Shown one piece after another: positions 33,093-44,828 of a stretch of DNA of 63,829 bases (position 1 is the stretch's first letter; the number at the start of each line of letters is the position of its first letter). Made by a program: the position numbers and the translations under genes. The DNA comes from Ostrea edulis (taxonomy: Eukaryota): assembly GCF_947568905.1 (NCBI RefSeq), contig NC_079170.1:9610172-9674000 (forward strand), given 5' to 3'. The notes under the pieces are model-generated. The model saw only the letters and a program-made list of their open reading frames with translations. It made no database searches and was not told the origin of the DNA.

Positions 33093-34450
33093 TCATGCAG
33101 ACACACACATAAACACTGCATAGATAAAAATAGCAGTGGAAATAAAACTTTTAAATTGATTTAAGGTGGTAAGATGCCTAGCTTCATTTGGCAAAGAGTT
33201 CCAGATCTTAGGAGCACTGTACCTAAAGGATTGCAACCCATACCTGGTTGTCCTGACACTGGGCACAATGGCAGTGTTTGTGTATCTAAAACTGTAAGAG
33301 TGATCTTTAAATGCAATGATGTCATGAAGAAACAGAGGGCTGGATTTGTTTATAATTTTATAAGTTTCTATAGCCAGTGTGCGCATACGCCTTACTTTTA
33401 AGGTTGGAAGAAGAGATTTATGAAGCAATTCATCATATGTAGAAACATAATCATTATATATGAAACGAAGGGCCCTTTTCTGTAGGTTTTCCATTTTTGT
33501 GATATTCTTCTCCGAGCAGAAGTGCCAGGTAAGGGGACAATAGCTAAAATTTGATAAAATAAAGGAATGGTAAATTGTAAGTTTACTTAGACGATTAAGA
33601 TTGTGTCATATTCTTTTTAACACATTTAATTGCCTAACTGCCTTCCTACAGATGTCAGTAATATGGGAGTTGAAATTTAATTGATAATCTATGGTCACCC
33701 CTAATAGTTTAACCTCCGATTCACTGCATAGAGTAGTTTCTCCTAAATCAAAAGTTAATTCTAAATCTTTGCTCTTCTTTCCTACTGAAATTGCCTGAAA
33801 TTTGTCAGGGTTTGCCTTCATTTTGTTGCAATTGAACCAGTTTAAAAGGGATACGATATCATTTTCCAATGTGGTCTTTAATATATCTGCTTTTTCATGA
33901 GAGTAAGAAACAGTGTTGTCATCAGCATAATTATAAATGGAAGAGTCAGAGACAAAGCCGAAAATATCATTTATAAAGACATTAAACAGTATTGGTCCAA
34001 GTATCGAGCCCTGAGGAACGCCCTTGAAAACTGGTTGAAATGAACTAGAAAACTCCCCGATTTTCACATATTGATATCTTTCACTGAGATAGCTTTCCAT
34101 ACGACTTAAGGCTTCATTTCCAAGACCGTAGTGTTTAAGTTTTAAGAGAAGCAAATCATGGGGAGACAGTCGAAAGCCTTAGAGAGATCCATAAGAATTG
34201 CGGCTACATACTTATTCTCATCCAAGGCTCTCTTCCAGTCTTCCATGATCCTAGATAAGGTGGACTGATATCCATACCCAGTTCTAAAAGCAGCAAGGAA
34301 AGGATGAAATATAGATTCAAAATATTCAGAAAGCTGTATATGGATGGCTCTTTCAAAGAGCTTTGAGATGGCTGGCAAAACACTGACCGATCTATAGTTT
34401 CCCTTGTCTGGACAGCTGTTTTTCTTATGAATAGGACAGACTTTGGCGGA
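33093..34450 (-). mobile_element. 5'-truncated LINE (CR1/L2/Crack-group) reverse transcriptase pseudogene
   Basis: ORFs 34142-34378 (AILMDLSKAFDCL), 33606-34154 (GVPQGSILGP, NYADD) and 33093-33494 (LQKRALRFI...SFRYSAPKIWNSLP), broken by frameshifts. Confidence 0.9.
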
Positions 34451-35924
34451 CTTATTTATTCACTTATTTCTTTCTACTTTTAGAGAAACAGGGGAGGCTA
34501 ATGATGGAAAAGCAAGAAAAGACACAGGTCAGACGGAATGCAGCACGGGAAAAGAAAATAATGGCGACACAGAGACCGAAAGCGGCCAAATTTAAACGAA
34601 CAGTCGCCTTCGGTGGCAGCCCTTCCTGAAGAATGAAAAGACCTCCTTTTTCTCTTTCGAACAAATTATACGTAACAGCCAAGTCATCAGTGTATCTGAC
34701 TTATATCATATTGAAAAAAGGGGGCAACCGAGCTTCTGAATTCGTAAAATATATTGTTTGTTTGATTTGGCTGTTAATTCCATTGATTCGTATTTTGACC
34801 TGTATATGCTGAAATTCTCAACATATTTGCCTTGGATACTGATCTAAGGCTAACTTTGCTGACAAAATTTCCTATTCCATATTTCTTTTTAAATTTTTTT
34901 TTCTAGTAATGGAACAAGCGATACAGATCGCTCTGTAGGGTTACCAGGCCTAAACTGATTCATGTCTTTAGGAACTTTCGGCCTCCCGGGAATATCCACT
35001 CCAAATTTCTCTGTTCAGAAGTACTCAAAATTGTACATGATACATACATTTAGTGCTGTTCAAAAAGCTCCATTGTCCTTTGTTTTTCAATACTTTTTGT
35101 AAGTTCAGTAAAAAATCTTTGACGCCATTTGAAAATAAAATACATGTAACTGCATATAAAAGGGTGGTTCTTAGTGCATATAAAAAAGGTATGACACCGG
35201 CCGTAAGTTTCCTAACGCGGCGGGGGCAGACAAAATTCAAAGCAAAGGATACACTCCTGGAGTTGAAGTTTTTCAAATATTCAAAGAAATGAAAATTGAT
35301 AACTATAAGACAAGATACATGTAAAGTAGGGATGGCAATCGGATAAGAATTTGTGACCGGTTAGCCGTAAATCTCTCTGACCGAGTAAGCGGTTAATTGT
35401 ACGAGATGTACCTGTGTAGTAATTTCTAAACAGACTGCTATAGTTAAACTACCGTACTTATGTACGTGTGTATGGTTTGTATAAGATGGGTTGTCTCATT
35501 AAGGGTTAAACTATATACGTTATACGACAAAGGGTCTGATGGCGGCCTTGAGGTCCCGAAAGCTCCTGGGTTTTATAACTGAAATAACTTTTTTTTTCTG
35601 TCTTCTTTTTTTAGTGCATAGTTTATAATTTTAAATTCAAAATACTTTTTTTTCATATTATGCTGTCCTCTTTTCTTCTTTTGTGCCTTAGCTTTGTGAA
35701 TAATGTTGATGTATCGTTTCCCCAAAAAATAATATTGTGGTGGGCTTGTAAATGTCGGTTTAAATGCTTCTATGACTTCTATATATATTTCATAAATTCC
35801 ATTATTTTACGGAATCAGGTACAAATAGTTTTTGAATAACTCTAGTCTGCCTCTGGGAATATAAAACTGATTTTTGTTTCGTGTATTATAACGGGATATA
35901 TTTTCACTTTTATGTGGAATACTT

Positions 35925-36990
35925 TCATTTAAATAGTCGGGAGCGCTGCGATGCAAATTTTAAACATAATCTATGTAATCGGGTTTTCTTCTTCGATATA
36001 ACAACTACATTTACGTGTAGTTTGTAGAGTTTGCCAGCCTGTGTCTGAATAAAGGGATTCTCTAGATGCAAAAATAGGAAGACCAGTAACAATTCTAGCT
36101 GCACATAATTGTACTTTTTCAAGCTTATCGGTATCGTGAACAGAACAGCCATCCCAAACAAATGAAGCATATTCAAGAATAGATCTAATAAATGCTATGT
36201 ACAATTTTGACAGATGTTTCAATTGCTACCAATTTAGAACTTAAGCTTTTTTAAAAGCCCTATTTTTAAAAAAAATAAGAATTGTTAACTATGCAATCAA
36301 TATATAAAGACCAACTGAGGTTTGTTTATGTGACAATAATGAATGATGATGAACGGGGGCATACTCCAGCTTATCACTTTGAAAAAATAGATTTGGTAGA
36401 ATGGAGTTTTTTTGTTTTTTTGTTAAGAAATAAACAGTTTTAGTCTTGGATGGATTGAATTTCAGTAACCTCTTATTTGACCAATTTTCTTCTATATGTA
36501 AACCATAATTATTCAATATCTAGCATATTATATGAGGATTGCTGGAATGAGTAAACAGTCCACACATTGATAGCATATCTACAGTGACATCATAAACCTA
36601 AATTAAAAATAGTAGAGGCCTTAAAACAGAACCTTGGGGTACACCAGCAAATATATCAAGTTTTGACGATAAAAGGTCCTTACATATTACTTTTTGTGAT
36701 CTGTGATATAAGTAACTTCTAAACTAATGTAAAAGACCAAACATCTATGTATACCAAAGTTTGTAATTAAAAAATGTGACCATTGTGCCATACTATAAAA
36801 TGCTTTTGAAATTTCACAAAATATTATACAACATGATTTTCCTTCGTCAATGCTTTGAACAATACTATGCTAGGTTTCTAATAATTGATAAACTGTAAAA
36901 TGTCCTGGTAAAAATCCAGCTTGATAACGTTAAAATAGATCGTTACGTATAAACCCTGATCATTATAACGCAGTCCGCTTTCAAATGATG
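35925..36990 (-). mobile_element. Degenerate CR1-like LINE RT fragment
   Basis: GVPQGSVLRPLLFLI, WS..RLLKFNPSKTK and LYIAFIRSILEYASFVWDGC...KLEKVQLCAARIVTG fragments in several frames; may lie inside a hAT-like element with ends near 35327 and 37181. Confidence 0.8.
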
Positions 36991-37625
36991 AACAGCTTTA
37001 CATTTCATTTAATGACGTCCGTCACAAATATATGTACTGGTCTTGTAATGTACATTTCAGCTATTCCTCCAGAATATCGAAATGTAGATATTCTCCAAAT
37101 TTTATGGTTAATCGGTTATAAAATTTCTAACCGATTATCATCTTTCCCACCGATTAGTCGGTTAACCATTACAATCCCTTACATAGATTTTTTTTTTAAA
37201 AGTTGATATTAGTTTATTTTCTCAAAATTTGCGCAGTTAACCTATTTACTATATGCGCAGACTCGGGAGTTTATGGATTATATTTTAACCTTCAATCCCT
37301 CTTATCAACAATGAACAGTGTCAAGAATGCGATGCTCGTTTACTACAATAAAAGAAAGAAAAAACCATAAATGTGAATAAATCTTTTTTCTATCATTTTA
37401 TTAAACGAACATATTTGTTTATGCGGTACTCATAATTTGAAATAAGTTCTCTTTGTTTTAAATTTTAGCTTTTGAACATAGCATTATCAATGGTTTGGAA
37501 AACGTTTCCCTGTAACATGTTATTCAAATAAAGCGAGGACGTGAAGAGGCCAACACTAGGGTCCTTTACATTATATATTCATGCGCGCAGTGCGTGGTTA
37601 CCTAGGGAAGTCGAATAAATCCCAG

Positions 37626-37626
<1 letters not shown>

Positions 37627-37692
<66 letters not shown>
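37627..37692. repeat. Compound (CA)n(GA)n microsatellite
   Basis: Read directly. Other simple repeats: (AT)n about 10030-10062, (CT)n about 18410-18450 and 32537-32592, poly-G about 28765-28784 and 49769-49798. Confidence 0.95.
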
Positions 37693-37693
<1 letters not shown>

Positions 37694-38112
37694 TTTTCAT
37701 TAAAATGAACTAGGCATTATTAATTTGGTAGTGATGAGGCAGATTACACGTACCATTATTAGGATAATTAACTTTACCCGGTATAATTCTCGCGTGTTTT
37801 GGAAAGTATAAAACATCTGCACGTTTCTTGAATTAACATGTGGACACCACCGTTCTACTTAAGACCGTTTGTGGAAATGTTGGGTGTGATTTACTGCACT
37901 CATGTATGGGACAATACTTACCTTCAGTCATCTTACACAATATATAGATAATTTTAGATAGAAAAACTGTATACAAAAAACCTAGGTATATATATATATA
38001 TATATTTTACTTTAATCAAACTTTATAATTCATATAAATCAAATTGTGTATGCTATATGCAAAATTCCATACGCCATTCATGATTAAAAAAAAAATAGTA
38101 AATGTATTTAAA

Positions 38113-41100
38113 TTAGCCACACCACTCAAATTTTGTATGGGCAACGTCTCCCTTTTTGATGACGTATTCGATGATTTTGTCGTGACATCCAAATTGATAG
38201 ATCAAATGCTCCCATCTGCAAAGGAAAAAAAAAATGAGAAAGAAAAACCAATTGATACATCAAGTTTAATGCGATAAAAAAGCAACACTTTAATATCCAG
38301 TATTTACACTGTTGGCATTTGATTTTGTTTATGATGTCACAGAATAAACAAAAACTGCCCTATAAACTATAGCATTGACTGAACACACACAGGGCTTCGT
38401 GGACATGTATATAGCATTATTTTTTATTGATATAATCTCTTTCCTGACCTTGGTGCGTCAAATATAACCATATCGGCGTATTTCCCGCGTGACAACGTTC
38501 CGTAATCCTTAGATAAATCAAGGGCGGCTGCAGCATTAAGGGTGGCGGCAACGAGAGATTCCGGCATTGACATCCTCAGCAGCACGCAGGCCAAATGCAT
38601 CACTGTCGGCTAAGAGATAAATATGCATGCAAGAGACACATCAAGCTATTTAATGATTTTTGATTCAAGATTGGACGAATGAACAGCATTTTGTGACTGC
38701 CGCGCATACATTTGGCGCCAAACCTACGTGAACATAATATCAAAATCATACTGAAATGTGTATAAGAAGGAATAACGCATCTGAGAAATTTAATATGGAT
38801 GGATAGAGGAGGATAGGTACAATAATATTTGAAAATGAAAACTTTGAAATTTACCTTATGTTGTTAAAAGATATAGTTTTAGAATAAAACAATTGGGGGG
38901 AAAAAATTGAAACCCCAGCCAGACTCGAGCTTAGGTTCCACAGAACAGTTGTTAGCACGTTAACCTACTGAGCTACACAGCTAGTCAATTTAAAAAGAAT
39001 AAAAAGTATTGCTGATATCTATATTTTCCTCCATACTTGAAAACGAAGTCAGGCATTATGACAATGTGTTAGTCCTCCTTAAGCTCAATAAGGTTGATAG
39101 TATAGTATATATCCCTGATTTATTATTTTTCACATGGACGTGCATAAGCATATGTTAACTTTCTTTACTACAAAAGCCTATGATAACATTTTACATTGAG
39201 CTATGATCTATTTACCATGGCGAAGCAGTAAGCGTTGGGGTTGAAATCAGAGCCCAGTGCCACTGCCATCCCTGCCTCGATCATTTTCCTAACTGGTGGG
39301 GGTTTCAGTCTAAGAATATAGGCCGTGGTAGGGAGGACCACGCCCACCGAGCCAGACGTAGCCATGGCGGTTATCCCCTCATCTGAAATCTCCTCCAAAT
39401 GGCTGATGGCAAGAGCCCCTAACTCTGCACCCATCTACAAGTTGTATAAGTGTAGTTGTATAACACAGCATTAATAGACGAATTGGTATGTCACGTGATC
39501 CTAACAATAGTGATTGATGCTGATGCTTTTGTATCTTAAGCATTAGTGAATAATTATGTTAACCATCAATGCTACAAAGTCAAGCATACGCCTCAGCTGA
39601 AGACTGAACTCGGGACCTTTGGCATGACAGTCCAGTGCTCTACCGATCTAACTAAAGGGTTAACCCACTAACAAGACAGTCCAGTGCTCTACCGATCTAA
39701 CTAAAGGATTAACCCACCAACACGACAGTCCAGTGCCCTACCGATCTAATTAAAGAGTTAACCCACTAACAAGACAGTCCAGTGCCCTACCGATCTAACT
39801 AAAGCATTAACCCATTAACACGACAGTCCAGTGCTCTACCGATCTAACTAAAGGATTAACCCACTAACACGACAGTCCAGTGCCCTACCGATCTAATTAA
39901 AGGGTTAACCCACTAACACGACAGTCCAGTGCTCTACCGATCTAACTAAAGGATTAACCTACTAACACGACAGTCCAGTGCCCTACCGATCTAACTAAAG
40001 GATTAACCCACCAACACGACAGTCCAGTGCCCTACCGATCTAACTAAAGAGTTAACCCACTAACACGACAGTCCAGTGCCCTACCCATCTAACTAAAGAG
40101 TTAACCCACTAACACGACAGTCCAGTGCCCTACCCATCTAACTAAAGAGTTAACCCACTAACACGACAGTCCAGTGCCCTACCGATCTAACTAAAGGGTT
40201 AACCCACTAACACGACAGTCCAGTGCCCTACCGATCTAACTAAAGAGTTAACCCACTAACACGACAGTCCAGTGCTCTACCGATCTAACTAAAGGGTTAA
40301 CTCACTAACACGACAGTCCAGTGCCCTACCCATCTAACTAAAGGATTAACCCACTAACACGACAGTTCAGTGCCCTACCGATCTAACTAAAGGGTTAACC
40401 CACTAACAAGACAGTCCAGTGCCCTACCGATCTAACTAAAGAGTTAACCCACTAACACGACAGTCCAGCGCTCTACCGATCTAACTGAAGGGTTAACTCA
40501 CTAACACGACAGTCCAGCGCTCTACCGATCTAACTAAAGGGCTACCTCACTAACACGACAGTCCAGTGCTCTACCGATCTAACTAAAGGGTTGACCCCTA
40601 GCCAGAGCTAGTAGGAAGATCAAGTATCTAAGACTACCACAAAACCTGGACTTTATATTATTTGTGGACGATCTTATAGTTCGTTAAGGATAGAATTACT
40701 TGCATATTATTGATGGACGCAATATCCTATATATCTGGCTGTGTCATTGTTAGCTTATCATTGATGGGTATTATAGATGTGTATACCTCGGGTATTGTCT
40801 ATATGTTAATGAAATCTCTTTGGCTCATATTTACATGTTGTGCAACATTGTATTCGGAGAAAATTAGTAATCAAAATGAGTGTTAATCAGCTATCATACA
40901 GGTATATTTATAGCAGGTGTGATACGTATAGAATGTTAATTAATCAGTTGTAATCAATATTTACATTACTTCTGCCGAATAATCCGGGGTATTTGGCAGG
41001 TGAAAATAGAAACTTATCCGAACAAAAGAGGATTACACCGGAAGTCACCTAAAATCTTATTTTTCATCATCTCCTGGCTATAACATTACGGTGATAAAGA

Positions 41101-43191
41101 CAAAAACTTACCTTGGCTCCATTCAGAGGATGTAACTCATCACCGTGGAAATTGATATTCATCCCAGCCGCCTTCCCTGCCATCAAAATCGCACGTGACT
41201 GTTGTAGATCGAACACGCCCTTCTCACAAAACACGTCTATGTTATCTACGTGAAGTTGTCCATCTTTCATTAGGCCTGTAATTGTCGGAAGTTGCTTATC
41301 TATTACATCTTCTGTGGCTTTTACAGGTGTCGATCCTCTAAAATGTATTTAAAACACTAAATTATCTGCTGGATGCAACTTGCAAGAACTACTTTTTTTT
41401 CCCCATTTTTGATAATTAAAGCGATTTACAGTTCTTCCTCAATCAAGTTGGCTAGATTCCCCCCTCCCCTCCATCTTCTAGTCTAGTTTCTAACCCTCTG
41501 CAATTGAAAATAGTTATCTTTTTTATTTATTTGCTACTTTTTTTGGCTTTCATTTTCAATCATGGTTAGATTTTGCTTAAATGAAAATGTGTCTCCCTCA
41601 TGTAAAATAATTCTGGTACGCCCTTCATTGATATTCACAGAAAATTTGTGAATCAAGATATTTAGAAAAAATCGCACTATTTTCTTACGAAAATTAACTT
41701 CAATTCGATAAGATTAATTAATTTTTTAATTAGAAGCTACGGACAGCAAATTTTGATCGAACTGATTGACTGATGTTTATTTGTTCACGACATGAAGATA
41801 AATATTTTTTGCATACCATATGATGCTGACATGTTGCAGAAGGTTTGAAAACTGAACTAGATCACATAGAATAAATTAAGCCAGTTTGATTCAAGTAGAA
41901 CCTTACTGTTCCAAACATTGCAATAATTTTCGTGTAACAGAAGTTCACATTTGAAATTTTTGCTAACTTTGGAATGGCGTGTGCGCCACAAAATGTTGAC
42001 GATATCGTAAGCGGATGTTCCCGTTTTGCAGTTTCAATGACCTTCAGCATTTTCACTTCGGATTCTGTGTCGAGTCCGTATCCACTCTTACACTCTATGC
42101 ACGTGGTTCCCGTGGACATCATGTCGTACAAACGTTTGTTGAGACTGACATACAATTCATCTTGAGAAGCTTTTCGTGTATGTTCTACAGTGAAGTGAAT
42201 ACCACCACCGGCTTCATGGACTTCCATATAGGACGCACCAGCTAACTACAAACAAATCGATGTTTTATTTACCGTATTCCGGGAACAACAGAGGAATCGG
42301 TGAATATATATCACATTATTAACAAAACCAGAGACATATTTAGAAGACTTTGAAAACAATCTTAGAATGTGAGAATACCCTGGTAAATATATTCAGGACT
42401 AAGGTCCTATTGCAAACCTGGTGAGATGTTTTCTTTGGACAAATAGGTTACATTCTGCATTCCGACAATTGTTTGGAAAATGACCTATCATTTTATTTGA
42501 ACAAATTAGGCGTCTAAATAGAACCTTCATAGCAAACTCGTGAACGCGGTCCCCGGCCCATACTGGGTGTGTGTGGGCGTCAACAAGTCCGGGAACAATG
42601 CATTTCCCATCGGCCTCGATCACTCGGTCTACGTCATCGTCACTACTAGGATACCGAGCTACTCGCTCCGAGTCCAAGCCAACAAATTCTATTTTACCAT
42701 AGCTACAAAGAAAATAATAACGAAAAATCGTAAATGTGCAACAAAAAAGTGTTCTTTGTTTTTTGGAGTAAATTAAGAAAGTTCATTCTATTTTTAAGAA
42801 CAGAAATTCTGAATTAAAAGCAAGGAAGTGCTTGATGGTAGATGGAAACAAATGTACCCCAGGTACTTACGGGAGTTTTACACACAGCTTTACTCGTCTG
42901 TTCTGTATTGTATATACAGTAACTGCCCTGTTAGATCTGCCCTATATCTGCGTTCACCACGATAACGTTGTTTATTTGCTCTATTTCCCGATAGGCCTGC
43001 AAACGTGTCTTACCTGTACAGGTAACCTATAATTCTCACCTGTCCACCAAAATACAAGTTCCATCTCCGTCTTCCGCTTCTATGATATCCACATGTTGCA
43101 TTTCCTTCCCTCGAAGAACCCGTATGTCGCTGTCATTGCGGATGGTGACAATCTGCTTGGCTCCTTTTACCAGCAGTTTATAAGCCCCCAT
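38113..43191 (-). CDS. AMDHD1: Probable imidazolonepropionase (amidohydrolase domain-containing protein 1), about 438 aa
   Basis: Phase-consistent exons: 43191-43040 ([15 protein letters not shown]), 42702-42525 ([27 protein letters not shown]), 42245-41968 ([10 protein letters not shown]...ECKSGYGL...FCGAHAIP), 41337-41112 ([11 protein letters not shown]...FHGDELHP), 39434-39216 (ISHLEE...[10 protein letters not shown]...[10 protein letters not shown]), 38609-38449, 38215-38113 (WEHLIYQFG...EWCG*). Sum is 1317 nt, in frame. Probable 5'UTR exon ends at caag|gtgagt, about 43900. Confidence 0.95.
39585..40620 (-). mobile_element. tRNA-derived SINE whose 5' half is expanded into a 49-bp minisatellite (about 20 copies, 39626-40595)
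   Basis: Unit acgacagtccagtgccctaccgatctaactaaagagttaacccactaac; flanks complete a SINE head (cctactagctctggctagggg...tagttagatcggtagagcactggactgtcatgccaaaggtcccgagttcagtc on minus). Confidence 0.8.
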
Positions 43192-44129
43192 GTTTTGACT
43201 TTAATTCTTGCAATATAGAGATATTGTTATCGTCGCGTGTCTAATAACATCATTTGTTTATCTCTACGCGCGAAATATGAATTCATCGATTTTTTACAAA
43301 TACATGATCAGTTAACAGTAACAGAATTTTCAAATAAAAAAAAACTCGCCCTAAATCCTTGAGATGAATGTCATGTGGAAAAATAAAATTAGATTTTGTT
43401 ATCAAACGTTTTTCATAATACATATGTAGATTATATAACCCCATTTTGATAAAGTGTAAAATTTTAAAACTTGGATAGAGATATTGGATAGTATTATGTG
43501 GCAGTTACTCATGTGTGCCGATTATGATTCAAAAACCTCAAACTTCGAGCAAAAAAACCCGCCATTTCAGGTGTAACAAAACCACACGTGACTTTTGATA
43601 GAGAATCCTGTTTAGCGATCTGCCCGACATCTGCATGCTACATCTTCTATAGCAAAGTTCGTGTACAATCGTTTTCTAATTTATATAGCCATGTGTACAT
43701 TATTAATAATTTTATTTAATGTTTCTAGCCACATTTTGCATCAAAGTCGGAGACTCTGGTACCTTGAAAAGTGCGGAGTGTTTGAAAAACCGGAGCACTT
43801 TTATAAGCCGTTTTTAACAGTCGGAGGTTGCGTGATGGTTAACATATAATGTCCTGACCTAACACGTCCATATATATGAAGAATTTCAAGTTTACTCACC
43901 TTGTTCGTCTTTTCTTTGCTACGGGGCCGCCACCTGATGTCGCTGGACCGCCATCTCGAATGTAGCGTTCTACCCGGTGTATCTTAGGGACTTAAATTTA
44001 TAATATTTAACGATCCAGCTATCCCACTACTAGCTGTGTCTGAAGTGATCACCACATTGTTTTATGTGTTTGTTTCACGTCCTTTCCAGAATTTTTCACT
44101 AATATTGACACTTCGTCAGCTGTAGATTA

Positions 44130-44535
44130 ATTAACTGTACCAAAGTTAGACCTAAGCAGGCAGCTCAGGGCCCCGTAGCATTGAGGGTTCCTTCTCATGC
44201 CAACGCCTGTCGTGATTCAGAAACTCAGTTATTAAGGTATCGTTGGGGAAAACCCGCTACTTCCTAGGTTTGATGCGTCCATTGTAAGAGGGGGTTCGAA
44301 CCCACGACCTCCATTTTAGCGAATGGCGCGCTCCAACCACTGAACCACCACAACCGGTTTTATGAGCGCCGAATAACTGAGCAGACGCCGAATAACTGAG
44401 CAGACTCCGAATAACTGAGCAGAGCAGACGCCGAATAACTGAGCAGACGCCGAATAACTGAGCAGAACAGACGCCGAATAACTGAGCAGACGCCGAATAA
44501 CTGAGCAGAGCAGACGCCGAATAACTGGGCAGAAG
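44130..44535 (-). mobile_element. tRNA-headed SINE with adjacent 19/24-bp tandem repeat (gccgaataactgagcagac)
   Basis: Minus strand tggtggttcagtggttggagcgcgcc...ggtcgtgggttcgaaccc head and Deu-like body; about 8 tandem units at 44368-44535. Confidence 0.65.
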
Positions 44536-44828
44536 AATATATCTACATTTTCGTCGTAAAAATAATTGATTATTGATGTTTATTGTGATTTTTTTCAATA
44601 CGTTTACTACGTCAACTTTCTCATTCAAATCAAGGAAATTAATTTTTAAAAATAGCGTAATGTTTGATTATAAAGGTAAACCATTGTGTCCTTTATCAAT
44701 ACTTGCTATTGTGAACTATTTATCTCCATCGAGATAAACCCTCACCCATTGTTTTTGTTATCAAGATGAAAGCGGACTCGATCAATTAAGACTGAAATTC
44801 ATTTTGAGAAATATTTGTATATTGTATT

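Noticed and set aside
34935-35050. Minus-strand peptide PKVPKDMNQFRP resembling an RT motif, and nearby exon-like stretches at 34484-34670 and 35190-35325
   Set aside because: Similarity is short, frames are closed by stops, and no consistent gene model could be built.
39626-40595. Regular 49-bp periodic array as a CRISPR locus
   Set aside because: Units are contiguous with no unique spacers; eukaryotic intron; no cas genes.
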